Translations under genes and position numbers: made by a program
Notes under the pieces: generated by a model
Told to the model about the DNA's origin: nothing
The model's database searches: none
The model's input: the letters and a program-made list of their open reading frames with translations, nothing else
Shown here: positions 39,470 to 53,001 of the stretch, in pieces
How positions within the stretch are numbered: position 1 is the first letter of the stretch
How the letters are laid out: every line of letters starts with the position of its first letter
From: Octopus sinensis
Taxonomy: Eukaryota
DNA: 64,000 bases
Direction of reading: 5' to 3'
Assembly (NCBI RefSeq): GCF_006345805.1
Contig: NC_043006.1
Location: 95,790,001-95,854,000 of the forward strand

Positions 39470-39575
39470 CTCTCGCTTTCTGCGTTTCAAAGTTCACCGA
39501 CGTCAGTTTTGTCTTCCATTCTTCCAGGGGCGATAAAATTGCCACTGAAATACTAGGCTTGGATCCTGTCACGCT
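39470..39575 (+). mobile_element. Degenerate Meta-like SINE core
   Basis: ttttgtcttccattcttccaggggcgataaaattgccac. Confidence 0.55.
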
Positions 39576-39683
39576 GTCGCTCCTCTCCACCTCACCCCAC
39601 TCTCTCTCCCTCTTTCTCTCTCTCTCACCCTCTTTCTGCTTTTATAAGTCTCTCAGATTTTGTGTCTCTCCGTCTCGCTCTTA

Positions 39684-39718
<35 letters not shown>

Positions 39719-40329
39719 TTATCTATCACTTAAAAGCGGTCCCCTTTCCTCGTGAGATGATAAGGGACCATTTCCTGGTGTGACAGGCCATCCAAGATAT
39801 CCTTTTCCTAGTAATGGTGTTTGAACGAGAGCTACCATCTTCTCATCCAAAATTTAATATATCCCGGAAATCATGCAAACGCGGCGTAATTAGCAACATA
39901 ACATTGGTCAATGATAATTAATGGTAAAATAGATGTAGTAGTTAATTAATACCAATCTTATTCAGACGAAAGACCTCATTTAAATATGGTAAATTGATTG
40001 TTACAATTAAGATGTTAACAATTGAAATTTAGTTATAATTTCAAAAATGCATTATGAAAATTTAGCTGTTTATAAAACATTAGGTTTTTCGACTAATTTT
40101 AGACAGTATCTGCGAAAGAAATGTTTAATGCAGTGAAATATGTTGAGAGATTTTTCGAGACTGGTGTAGTGTAAAAAAAAAAGATCATATCTAAATGAGT
40201 TCTTTCTTCAATGTTTTTATTTCAATAATACGAGTTAGTCTCTACAGACTTTCTACAAAATATCTAAATTCATGTTTATACATATACATATATTTATGCA
40301 CATACACCCAATTACATGAAGCATTCCCT

Positions 40330-40904
40330 TGTCTAACTTTTCCTCTTTAATTCTGTCCATTCAGTGTAAAATTAACAGCGGACCTTGAGGCAATTCAGCG
40401 AAGCTTCACAAAGAAGACCATCTTTTTGCAGCAGGTCAGCTACTGGGAAAGGCTGAAACAGCTAAGACTCTACCACCTGGAGCGAGTATGCAGTAATATA
40501 CATCTGGAAGATCCTGGAAGGAATTGTGCCAAATTATGGCATTGAAAGCTACACCCATACCAGATGGGGCTGACACTGTACAGTGCCAAAAGTCCCAGCA
40601 ATGCCATCGCGCTTCAGGACCAGTTACTGCAACAACCTGTGTTCCATGGGTCTACTGCTTTTTAATATTCTCCCAAAGCGCCTGGGGAACCTGCACAAAG
40701 CAGATGTAGGCGTTTTTAAATCAAAGCCGGAACTCTTCCTGTCGAGAGACCCAGACGAACCTACCTCGCGGCAAGAGGTGTAAATGAGGGTAGCTACATC
40801 AAAGTCCCTTCTTCACCAAGTGCCACTTATTAGAGGAGAATCTCAGTAATAACAGTGTAGCAAAACGTTGGTGCTCCAGCATTGCCACAGCTCTGAACTG
40901 AAAC
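40330..40904 (+). mobile_element. CR1/L2-group LINE 3' end (ORF2 C-terminus pseudogene plus 3' UTR)
   Basis: DLEAIQRSFTKK...SYWERLKQLRLYHLER...IYIWKILEG...LFNILPKRL...FKSK.ELFLSRDPDEP; tail ggtgctccagcattgccacagc...ctgaaac. Confidence 0.88.
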
Positions 40905-41412
40905 TATATATATCTATATATATATATAACCAAATCAGCTATGTTCACTTTGGATATAGCATTCTATCAGATTTACATTCAAAGTGCTCCAGTCAAAGTA
41001 AGCTGTTTTCTTTCCTACTGCAGCAGCTAGATGACAATACGGCGCTTTCCTTGCTGTGCAGTAGGATATTTCGCCAGTGAGAGAGCTTTACCATTGTCAT
41101 TTCCAGCCTTAATCACGTTGTTTTCACGCAGAGAGAGAGAATTTGGTGATGAGGTGACAGCCACAAGTACTTTTATGGTGACATCATGACGTAGACATCA
41201 CTAGGATCATCATCATCTACATCATTATCATCATCATTAGTATTATTATTATTATCATTATTATTATTATCATTATTATCATTATTATTATTATTATTTT
41301 TATCATTATTATCATTATTATCATTATTATTATTATATATTATTATTATTATATTATTATTATTATATATTATTACTATTATTATATTATCATTATTATC
41401 ATTATTATTATA

Positions 41413-41483
<71 letters not shown>

Positions 41484-41495
41484 TATTATTATTAT

Positions 41496-44400
41496 ATGTT
41501 TGACTTTTGCTTTATGTCTGTACAAGTTGTCTCCAAGTCTCACCCAGAGACCTCAAGAGACAACAGGCTGGAAGTTCACGTTGTTGTTATGCCTAGTGTG
41601 TCATATATTTGGGGGGGGGTGTTGTACTAGTGAATGTCTAACATATAAATTTTTTAAAAAATTGTTTTAAACCTTGGGATTACATAGAGAGTATTTTGCG
41701 TAGGATATGATCAGTTCCCATGAGCACTATCTTTTGAATTTCTGCCATTTTGGGGTTTCCTGGTATCTGAGTTAGGTAGCAATCAGCCCCTTTCGCTATC
41801 ATTCCCAGGGCACCTATGACAACAGGTATTGTTTTAGTCTTCTGGTTCTACATTTTGCTGATTTCTATTTCAAGATCTTTATATTTGCTCAGTTTTTGGT
41901 AGGTCTTGACAGATACGTTTATATCGATTGGGACAGCCATATCAATGAGGAGGCATGTTCTTTGTCTGAAGTCTTTCAATATGATGTCTGGCCTATTTAC
42001 ATCGATCTTTCTGTCAGTTTGAATGGTGAAGTTCCAGAGGAGTGACATGTGGTCATTTTCAAGCACTGGAGATGGATTGTGTTCCCACCAGTTTTTTTCA
42101 TGGGGCAAATCCAGGTTGTTGCAAATTACCCAGTGAATATATTGTGCAGCTCTATCATGCCTGTTGAGAAACTCTGTAGGCGGTAGAAGACTGCATTTGG
42201 AGACAACATGATCAATGGTTTCATTTTGTTGTCGGCATACACGACATGTTGGGCTACTGCCGTTCTTTAATATGTTGGCCTGGTAGTTTCTTGTTGGTAG
42301 GCATTGATCTTGAGCTGCTATGATAAACCCTTCTGTTTCAGATTTTAAGCCAGAGGCCATTAGCTATTGATGGGTCAGGGCTTTGTCAATATCTGCATTT
42401 TTCGCTCTCTTTGGGTATTTGCCATAGAGAGGTTTTTCTTGCCATTTATTATTCAGAATATCTAAGGCCGCAGATTTGGCACGGGTTTTCGTGCGCCTAG
42501 CTTTTTCTGTGCTTGTTTCTTGTATGTCTATCTCTAATTCTGAAATTTTGTTGTATTCGGAATTCACTAAAATATTCCTTTGTCTGTTTTGTATGATGCT
42601 TTCTTCTTTTCATGTTTTGAGACAAGTTTTAACATCCAGTCTTCAGACTTTTTGAGGTAGGTGTCTAGGCCAATTGTAGCAGTCTTCATTGTTATTTCCA
42701 GTTGCAAAAGACCACGGCCTCCCTCTTTTCTTGGCAGATAAAGCCGTTCTGTATCTGCCTTAGGGTGGTGCATTCTATGCATTGTCAACAGTTTTCTTAT
42801 GTTTCTGTCGAGCTGACATATTTCAGTAATTGACCAGTTAAAGATATTGAAACTGTAAGTCACGACTGGTATGGCTAATGCATTAATCGCTTCGATCCTG
42901 TTTCTTGCATTCAGCTCTGTCTTCACTATTGCTCTCACTCTTCGATAACATTCTCTCCTGATCCTTTCCTTCATCCCTGAATGCCTTATTCCGTTCCCTT
43001 CAATTACCCCTAGGTACTTGTAGCTCTCCGCTGTGTCTAGTTATTTTATGACGTTCTGCTAATCAAGGTTAACGTTAGATGTTTCTGTCATTTTTCCTTT
43101 GATAAAGGTAGCTTTTGCACATTTATCGAGGCCGAATTGCATTCTGATGTCGTCACTGAATTGTTTGACTATCGCTAGTAAGCCTTTGAGTTGTTGGTCA
43201 TTTTTTACAAAAAGCTTTAAATCATCCATGTAAATGAGATGATTTATATTTTTATCAAACATTTTATACCCGTACTGCGCGTCATTGAGCAGTTTTGTGA
43301 GAGGTATTAAGACTAAACAAAAGAGGAGTGGTGACAGTGAGTCACCCTGGAAAATGCCACACGAAATTTTTACATCACCAGCATTTAGGGATTCATTGTC
43401 ACTGTTCAGAGTTAATGTGGTTCTCCATGATCTCATACTTACAGTCAAAAAGTTTCGCAGAGTAGGTGCTATCTTATACATTTCCAGGGATTTCCTAATC
43501 CAGCTATGTGGTAGGCTATCAAAAGCCTTTTTATAGTCTATCCAGGCTATTGATAAGTTTTTGTGTCGTTTGTGACAATCTTAAGATCATCTTATTGATG
43601 AGTAGTTGGTCTTTACAGCCGTAGGATCCACGTTTACATCCTTTCTGTTTATTAGGGAATATGTTGCTGTCTGTTAAAAATCTATAACTATATTCCGTCA
43701 GGACAGATGTTAGCGTTTTGTACATTGTTGTTAAGCAGATTATGGGTCTATAGCTTTTTGGTTCATTTGTTTCTTCACTTTTTGGAAGCAGGAATGTTAA
43801 CCCATTAACTAGCCAAGAAGGCATCCTACTAGGTTGTTGCAAAACATCATTGTACAGTTCTGTTAGCAGTTCATGGCTCTCTGGGAAGGCATTCAGCCAG
43901 AAGTTAGGAATTTTATCCTTTCCTGGAGACTTCCATTTGCTTGACCTCCTGAGAGCAGATCTTATATTTTCTACCTTGACACCCTCCCACTTTTGCTCTT
44001 CTAAGTGGTCCTGTTCTGTAGATATTCTGTCAATCCACGGGGCCTTTTCGTTGTGTGTTTTTTCTTCTGCCCAAATTTTATTCCAAAATCTCTGCACTTC
44101 TTCTTTTGATGATACAGACCTTGCAGTAAACGCTGTTTTTCCTATCTTCCTGTAAAAATTCTTGGGATTATTTTTGAACATGTTGTTGTCCTTGAAAAAT
44201 CTAACAAGCTTTTCATACCTCGCTATGCGGGCAGCTTTGGCAGATACCTTTTGTTTGATGGTTTCTATGGTGGCATCAATATCAAGTATAGTTTTCATAT
44301 TGTATTTTTTCAGCAATATTTGGGGTTTTGTAGGTTTGGTAGTCTTGTGAACCTTAAGGTTTTTCAAATATTCAATGTCAGATCTAAATAGTTTAATTTG

Positions 44401-44908
44401 TTGTTGCAAACGCTCTTGGCAAGAAGGCTTTTTGTGGGAATGTTGCCGTTTTCTTAACTTTACACCACATAGGATCGTTGAGATATTCGCGGATGAATAG
44501 TATAGGTGGTTGAGATTTGTGATATCAACATCATTAGCTGAAATTATATCCTTAAGTGCAAGCTGGATTTTACCAATTATTTTCATGTTTTGGTTAGTGT
44601 TGCGGATTTTAGGGAGTGTATCACGTTCATCCATGCTGGTTTCTTTAATTTTCAACCATTCAATCATGATTTGATTTTTTAGCTCATGTAGTTCTGTTGG
44701 GCCAATATTTGTGTGACTTTCTTTATCTATTTGATGTTCATCTGTCTTAGTGTTTATGATTGGTTCGGGGAGTATTTCACTTTGCCTATCACTTATACTA
44801 ACTCTTTCAATCCTTACTTCGTTTTTATCAGCCCTGGGCTGGTCTATAATTATTTCCTCTGTATTATCTTCTCTAGCTGCAGCTTCGTTCATTTTATCCG
44901 ATATTGCT
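41496..44908 (-). mobile_element. 5'-truncated Dong/R4-clade non-LTR retrotransposon (RT + CCHC finger + RLE), ORF disrupted, in (TAA)n
   Basis: WKSPGKDKI, YRPIICL, GIFQGDSLSPLLF, YMDDLKL, LYLPRKEGGRGL, CRVC...ETIDHVVSKC, RHD, NRPDII...IDMAVP...KLSKYKDL; several stops and frameshifts; (TTA)n on both flanks. Confidence 0.96.
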
Positions 44909-44919
44909 TATTATTATTA

Positions 44920-44960
<41 letters not shown>

Positions 44961-44994
44961 GTTATTATTATTATTATTATTATTATTTATAATT

Positions 44995-45420
44995 GCTGAT
45001 GAATGTCTTACATTCGAAATCAGTGTCTTTGATACCAGGTCTAAAACCAGTTTCCTAGATGTCGAGAACTTTTCTTACAATTGTTGCTGTTTCCAAAAAG
45101 CAGAATTTAAAATTAATGCAACTCTGATATTTACACCAATCTCAATAAAGGAGATTCACAGTTTTCTCATTTCCATAGCCAAAATCTGGTATCTTATTAA
45201 TTGCTCCTCTTCTTCGACTGCTACATCCATGTCTGCAGATATAGCTACAAGTATAAAGATGCACCCTTTCTTACACTTGTCGAGAATAATCATATCTGGT
45301 TGCCTTTCTTGAAATTCGTGAACAGTAAAATCTGGTACCACCCTAAGCTGAAGGTACCTTATGACACTCTCTGGTTGATGTTGGTACTATTTTCTGTCTA
45401 CTTCATATCCCTTTTGTCGT
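44995..45420 (-). pseudogene. Old RLE-domain remnant of another R4-type LINE
   Basis: QHQPESV...DFTV...RQPDMIILDK...ILVAISAD...RYQILAMEMRKL. Confidence 0.7.
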
Positions 45421-45492
45421 AATTTCTCCCCGTGTAATACCTGAACCACACAATCGTGAATACGTCTATATTCCTTCCATTAAAGCGACAAG

Positions 45493-46120
45493 CAGGCAGA
45501 AACGTTAGGAAGCCGAGCGAAATGCTTAGCGGTATTTCGTCCGCTATTATTATGCTGGCAGAAACGTTAGCGTGCCGGGCAAAATGCTTAGCGGTATTTT
45601 GTCTGGCGCAACGTTGTGAGTTCAAATTCCGCTGAGGTCGACTTTGCCTTTCATCCTTTCCGGGTCGATAAATTAAGTACCAGTTACGCACTGGGGTCGA
45701 TGTAATCGACTTAATACCTATGTTTGTCCTTGTTTGTCCCCTCTATGTTTAGCCCCTTGTGGGTAATAAAGAAATAGGTATTTCGTCCGTTATTACTGAG
45801 TTCAAATTCCGCCGAGGTCAACTTTGCCTTTCATCCTTTCGGGGTCGATAAATTAAGTACCAGTTACGCACTGGGGTCGATGTAATCGACTTAATACCTA
45901 TGTCTGTCCTTGTTTGTCCCCTCTATGTTTAGCCCCTTGTGGGTAATAAAGAAATAGGTATTTCGTCCGTTATTACTGAGTTCAAATTCCGCCGAGGTCA
46001 ACTTTGCCTTTCATCCTTTCGGGGTCGATAAATTAAGTACCAGTTGAGTACTGGGGTCGATTTAATCGACTGGACCCTCCCCACAAAAAATTTCAGGCCT
46101 TGTGCTTAGTATAGAAAAGA
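45493..46120 (+). mobile_element. Nested and tandemly duplicated Meta-like SINEs (180-bp period)
   Basis: Core gagttcaaattccgc.gaggtc.actttgcctttcatcctttc three times; ggtatttcgtccg.tatta at 45531, 45777, 45957. Confidence 0.92.
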
Positions 46121-46224
46121 ATATATTCCTTCCATTTTTGCTGTTGTTGTTGTCGTCCTTGTTAATTTATGAATACACAGACTTGTTGTCCACAGAACAA
46201 AACATCTTAACGAAATATAATTTC

Positions 46225-46475
46225 CATTCTTTATGTTCTAACTTCAAATTCTCTGGGGTCAACTTTGTCTTTCATCATTACGGTACCGATACAATAAGTA
46301 CCAGCTGCGCACTGCGGTCGATGTAATCGACTTTCTCCCTCCACACGAAATTGCTGGTCAAAATTTTAACGCATTATCACTGTCGATTAAATAAGTACCA
46401 GTTATGCATTGGAGTCGATGTAATCCACTTAATCCCTTCCCCGAAATTTGAAGCCTTGTGCTTCCAGTAGAGAAG
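46225..46475 (+). mobile_element. Two further partial Meta-like SINEs
   Basis: caactttgtctttcatcattacgg...gtcgatgtaatcgact; gtcgattaaataagtaccagtt...gccttgtgc. Confidence 0.75.
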
Positions 46476-46482
46476 ATTGTTG

Positions 46483-46523
<41 letters not shown>

Positions 46524-46525
46524 TT

Positions 46526-46579
<54 letters not shown>

Positions 46580-47255
46580 CAGTAGTAGTTGTCGTGGTTG
46601 TTGTTGTGTTGTAGCAGCAGCAGTAGTAGTTACTGCGTATAAAGAAACTGGTAAATGTTTCCATCAAAACACTTGGAAACTTTCAGTCTTGTATATCACG
46701 TCACTCCTCTACCCGACACTCTTTCTTATCATTTCTCTCAGTCTCCCTCTCGCTCTCTCTTCTCCTTTCTCTCTCTCTCTCACTCCTCTCTCCCCTTCTC
46801 TCCATCTCTATCTCTTTATGTATCATTTACCACAATGCTTTTCATCGATATTCATGCTTATATCTTTAGTTTTCTTTGCCTGTATTATTTATCGTATTTT
46901 TGTATCTTTATTTACTTACGTTTGTATGTTTTTCTTTTTTTCCCCACCGCCATTCTTCAAGACTTATATTTCTAAAAGAAATATGTCTAATGATTGAGTG
47001 TGTGTGACCAATTAGTAATCTGGCCAAAATGTTGCTCGGACACGGACCACTCAGATTGACGGTCAAACAACAATTCAAACAAAAGACGTCACACAGCATT
47101 AATCTATTTAAAATCCTGGCATTTTCTGATTTTCTGAGAGCAAAAATATCGCTGGCTCACACACGTGGGAAATAGCCTTAGGAGACAGCCATACGTTTAT
47201 GTACATACATTTATATACGCACACACAGACACACACCACACACACACCCAAGCAG

Positions 47256-47359
<104 letters not shown>

Positions 47360-47424
47360 GCATATATAGACATGTATATATACGTATATATACGTGTGTA
47401 TAGAAACATAGATATACACATATA

Positions 47425-47505
<81 letters not shown>

Positions 47506-47628
47506 GTATATATACGTGTGTATAGAAGCATAAATATACATATATATGTATATATATAGGAATATTCATATATATATATATATATGTATATACATATACA
47601 TATATATGTATATATATAGTTATATTCA

Positions 47629-47688
<60 letters not shown>

Positions 47689-48105
47689 TATATATATATA
47701 TATATACACACACACATATATGCATAAACACATACCCAAATATATTTACATATATACCTTGTAACACTGCTCTTTATCGTAGAGAGAAACACACTGCGAA
47801 TGGGTGTCCCTGCGCGCGCACACATCGCCAGTGTTATGTATGCGATTTGTGCGAAAGAGAGTTAAATGGAAAGCCAAACAGAAAGCTGGAGGGTAATTGG
47901 TGAGGGGCATAAAATCACTTCCAATCATGTTGTCGGCAATAATAGGACTTTTGGCATATAAAAGACTTCAATTTGTAACGTAAAAAGGCAATATCTAATG
48001 TTATAACGCTGTCAAGTAGGCCGAATTAAAAGGAGATGACCGACAATATCTACATTTCGCTTTGTCCGTATATGTCTCTCTCCGGGTCTGTCTCACTCTG
48101 TCTCG

Positions 48106-48165
<60 letters not shown>

Positions 48166-48244
48166 GTGTGTGTGTGTGCACATTTACTTTGTATTGTCTT
48201 TTCCTTCTGTCACTGTTTCTTTATATATGTCTTTTTGTCTCACA

Positions 48245-48278
<34 letters not shown>

Positions 48279-48477
48279 TCTATGTATTCTGCTCTCTATA
48301 TTTCCTCTCTCATTTTCCTTCTTCCTCTTATCTTTATTTCCCTCACCTTTTCTATCTCTCAGTCTTTCTCTGAACATCGCTCTTTTGTAAATTTTCCCTT
48401 TACCGGTGCGTTTCTCTTTCGTGCTGTTCTGTGTCTCATTTACCGAATCTCCCTTGTCCTCTTCAACTATCTATCTT

Positions 48478-48596
<119 letters not shown>

Positions 48597-48633
48597 TTAT
48601 CATCTATCTATTTATACAGACACACACACACAC

Positions 48634-48666
<33 letters not shown>

Positions 48667-48728
48667 CATTCACGTATGTACATATATATTTGTATATATA
48701 TATATATATATGCTTATATATATATATA

Positions 48729-48780
<52 letters not shown>

Positions 48781-48789
48781 TATATATAT

Positions 48790-48836
<47 letters not shown>

Positions 48837-50839
48837 ATATACACATATATATACATATATAGGTGGTGTTGTAGAGTGTGTGTGTACGTCAGTATAAAAT
48901 CTCTGTCTCTGTTTTTCGCCCTGTCTCTTCCATTAGCATTTTCTTACATTCTTACATCTGAGCTTGAATAACTCGAAGTCATTTTGTTTGCTTTTCTCTA
49001 TGTTTGTAATTAGATTTCGTCCGTTTTTCTGTTTAAGTTTTTATGTTTTCTCCGGACTGTTGTCGTTGTTTTTGTTTTTGTTGTTATTGATGAAGTTGTT
49101 ATTGTTGTTGATTTTGTTTGTTGTGGATTTTTAGTCTTTGGTTGTATTACAAGTGTTGAATAGAAATTTCTGGGATTTAGCCAGCGTTCAAATCTGCGTA
49201 ACGTATTTTGTCTTATTAACTTTTTTTCTTTATTTGATATATATTTTATATTGTTTACAAAAACTTTACAGAAAACTAGAAAGTCGCTAAAATTAGCAGC
49301 TTTACATGTATTCACCTTGTGTCTGTCTTTAAACCAAAGTGTCCAGAGATCTTTTAAGGTCACTGGCGCTTGCACTTCTGTCTTCCGTACATTGTTAGCA
49401 CATTGTTATATAGTATACTTGTTATATGGTATACATCATCCATAGCAGTGTTTTCTTTTCCTCTTTCTCATATTTCCTATCTCTTTCTTGACGAAGGATT
49501 GCAACCCAAACCGTTCAATTCTCTCTCTTTCTTTGTCTATCTATCTATCTGTCTCTCTGTCTGTCTACCTATCAGCCTTGCTCTCTGTCTTTCTTCTTCT
49601 TACGGACTAATATTAATTTTTTTGTAAATTTTGTTTTGGCTGTTTTTTTTATGATGTTATTTTAGATGTCAGTTACGCATGATCTACTTCTGAATTATCG
49701 GTATTAAGTCAGCGTAACCGATATGATTACATACATACGCATACATATAGTTAAAGAAGATTCGGGTGAAAACGCTGGCAAATTGCTATTCAAAGCTCGC
49801 CCGCAGTTATTGGTTACCTGATGTCATCATGCAATGGAAATGTTCCTGCAACGGGATATGCACTAAGCATCCCATTGTATCCATAGTGTTTATATAAATA
49901 GGCAAATGTTAGAAAATGTAGTGACTTTATTGAAAGTGAAGTGAGTTTAGATAAAGAATGTCACTCATTCCAATTTCTATCGTTTATCTATTTACGTACA
50001 CATGATTTTGTATATGATCTGATATAGATGTTTGTTAACCCAGAACACTGGTTTACGTGCCTACAATAGTGTGCATGTGTATATGTGTGTGTAAATGTAT
50101 AGAGGACATATGAAGATTTATTTGCATTTTATAAAAATATACATTTAACCGCTTTCACATTTGTAGGTTTTCATAAAATTATACGTGGAGCTGTTGCACA
50201 AACAGTACCGTTTGTGACACTGCTCCACGTTCCTCAAATCTTAAAGTTTTGAAAATCACACAAATATAAAACCAGTTACGTGTACGTATTTAAATATAAA
50301 TGTTCAAAATAGCAACAGCTCCAGGAAAGTTATTAGAATAAAAGGAATTAGGACTACCAGAAGCTTTAAAAGTAAATTTCAGACAGACCAGATTTACTCA
50401 ACTTCAAAATACAATCTACTTACTCTATGGCTATTTTGAAGGAGACATGATCGGTGATTGTGCGTATCGTGCCTCTCGTTGGCTCTTTGGTCTATAGTAA
50501 GTACACATGATACGCCATTGCTCAAAACAGCTGGTGTCAGAAAAAAGGTGAAAAGCGTAAGGCAGACATCCGAAAGATTGAGAGATCGATCTATTGATTT
50601 TAATTACACGAAAAATTAGAGCTAATAGAGAAATGAGTGAAGTGTGTCCATGCATAATCAACAATAATCAAAACACGTGGTCCCAATCGGTTTCGAACTA
50701 TTTACTGATTTAGACCGACAAGCAGGTCAATAATTACTCACTAATTGTCCACATAAGGCAATATACATTTTAAATCAATCCGGACGATCAGCGAATTATG
50801 ATTGAACTGGTAGACGGGAACCGTGTTGATTTCTATTTT

Positions 50840-50904
<65 letters not shown>

Positions 50905-51064
50905 TGCAGTTTATCAACTGCAGGGTAGATTTCCGATCTCAGCGCGCCAAAGTGAAGGCATTTGAAGGATACACATAAATATAATTTGTTGGGCTCTATG
51001 CATGCGGGACTCCGGTCAAGCATTTTCGTATCTAGTCCTGCAAATTATATTTGTATACGACAGA

Positions 51065-51139
51065 CTTTGCTGATGAGATTGCAGATTTCCACGTATCCAT
51101 ATGCGTGGATATTAACAATCGAAACTGATCGGTACATAG
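51065..51139 (+). ncRNA. Type I hammerhead ribozyme (second, unrelated family)
   Basis: Stem I ctttg/catag (one U-U mismatch); CUGAUGA 51070-51076; stem II gattg/caatc with inner ccacgta/tgcgtgg; GAAA 51121-51124; stem III ACU-GAUC-GGU; GUA site. Confidence 0.78.
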
Positions 51140-51773
51140 GTAATCGTTATTATTTCGTATATTTTCATTTGTCTTGCTTATTTTTACGCTTTGGTGTGTG
51201 CTGAGACGTCTATATCTAGCATGTTGACCGTCCACTTTTAGTGGTCAGTCCTTTAAATTTTGTACGTAAAAAATATATATATATATATATAGTAATATGT
51301 GTATAAAGTAATATGTGTATAAATTATGGCTTCCTAACCTGCAAAGAAATAAGATATTTTACATTTTATGCATAGTAATCAGAGTAACTTTCATAAGTTT
51401 ATTGAATTAGCTATATATTTTGTCATAACTGGAAAATATTCATATACTTTTCTATTTTATTCAAGGTTGGCATTGCCTACCTTACCTATCTAGGCGGCAC
51501 GTCCCTGATATATATATATATATATATGTCTTCCAATATTTATTTTTCATTTGCTTTGCGGGAGCAACTGTTTTATCGAAAGCGTATATTGTTGTTAAAT
51601 GCTCGAAATACGAGAAATAGAAAAACAGCCAACAACTGATGAAGGGTCGTTCTGTATGTTGTTTGTCTTGTTTTCCATTTGTGTCTTTCGTTGTTCCAAA
51701 AAATAGTTCATAATCCATGTACTCGTACTTCGTATTTTTGTCGTATACGTTTCATGACGTCCTGTGCCCACAC

Positions 51774-51808
<35 letters not shown>

Positions 51809-51892
51809 GTATAGATGTATGTACATATACGTATGTATATATATTATTTATATTATATGATTGAATAGCACGCATCCTCTTCCAAGTAAGTT

Positions 51893-51969
<77 letters not shown>

Positions 51970-51970
<1 letters not shown>

Positions 51971-52740
51971 GCACGCACTCGTTCTGCACGCACTCGTTCA
52001 GTGTCCAACAATTTCCGACCTGTGGGCTTATGTCGAACAACTGCTGTCACGTGTGGGACGAGTCGGTTTATCAGCTGAGTCTATCGTCAATATTGTCACG
52101 CCTCCTTCCTTCAAATGGGAAGGAAGAGCTATTTTCATCATCCTTGTGGCTATGGCGAAAGAATGTATCTGGTGGACGCGCCTGAAAGGATTAGAGACAA
52201 ACACTTTCCTCTCTGGTCAATCTCTCATCAACTTCTTCAAGTACCACTTGAAGAGGAAAGTGAGAGTAGAGAGGCAAGTTTTGTCTAGCGAATGTTTTAA
52301 AAAAAGATGGGTGAATGTAGCAAGAATGGCACGTATGAATGACGAAGCCACCTTGAGCATAGTCCTATGAACCCAGAAATCGAAAACAGAGAGTTGCTTA
52401 TTTGCAAAAAAAAAAAAAAAAAAGAAATATAAAATGTGACTTCATTGACCGAGGTTACCGTGGTCTTTTCCGTAGGCTTTTCTTTCCACGGGTAAACCTC
52501 ACCTGTCCTCCCCTTTACACTTCATATTGACATTTCTGTGATAACGATCCCTATTGATCAATTTTTTTTCCTCTCCCCCTTTTTTTTTAACCCCCCCTTT
52601 TTTATCCTCTTTCTCTCCTTTTACGATCCCTTTTGATCGAAACTCCCCCCTTCCTTTTTTTTTTTAACCCTTCAAAAGAAAAGCTCTACCTTGTAATTTG
52701 TTCTATCTGTGTGCAGCCCTGTGTGGCTAATAAAGAAACA

Positions 52741-52741
<1 letters not shown>
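51970..52741 (+). mobile_element. 5'-truncated Tx1/L1-clade LINE 3' end in (TATC)n
   Basis: HALVQCPTISDLW...KECIWWTR C-terminus; 3' UTR ends aataaagaaaca-tatctatc; (TATC)n on both flanks. Confidence 0.9.
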
Positions 52742-52776
<35 letters not shown>

Positions 52777-52791
52777 CATCCATCTATCTAC

Positions 52792-52879
<88 letters not shown>

Positions 52880-53001
52880 GATAAATAGATAGATAGATAG
52901 ATAGACATATAGATATATAGATATATAGATACATAGATAGATAGATAAATGGATAAATAGATAGATAGATGGATAGGTAGATAGATTGATAAATAGATAG
53001 A

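Noticed and set aside
34195-46120. CRISPR or rDNA interpretation of the tandem repeats
   Set aside because: Units are fully repeated with no unique spacers, no cas genes, and no rRNA similarity; context is eukaryotic
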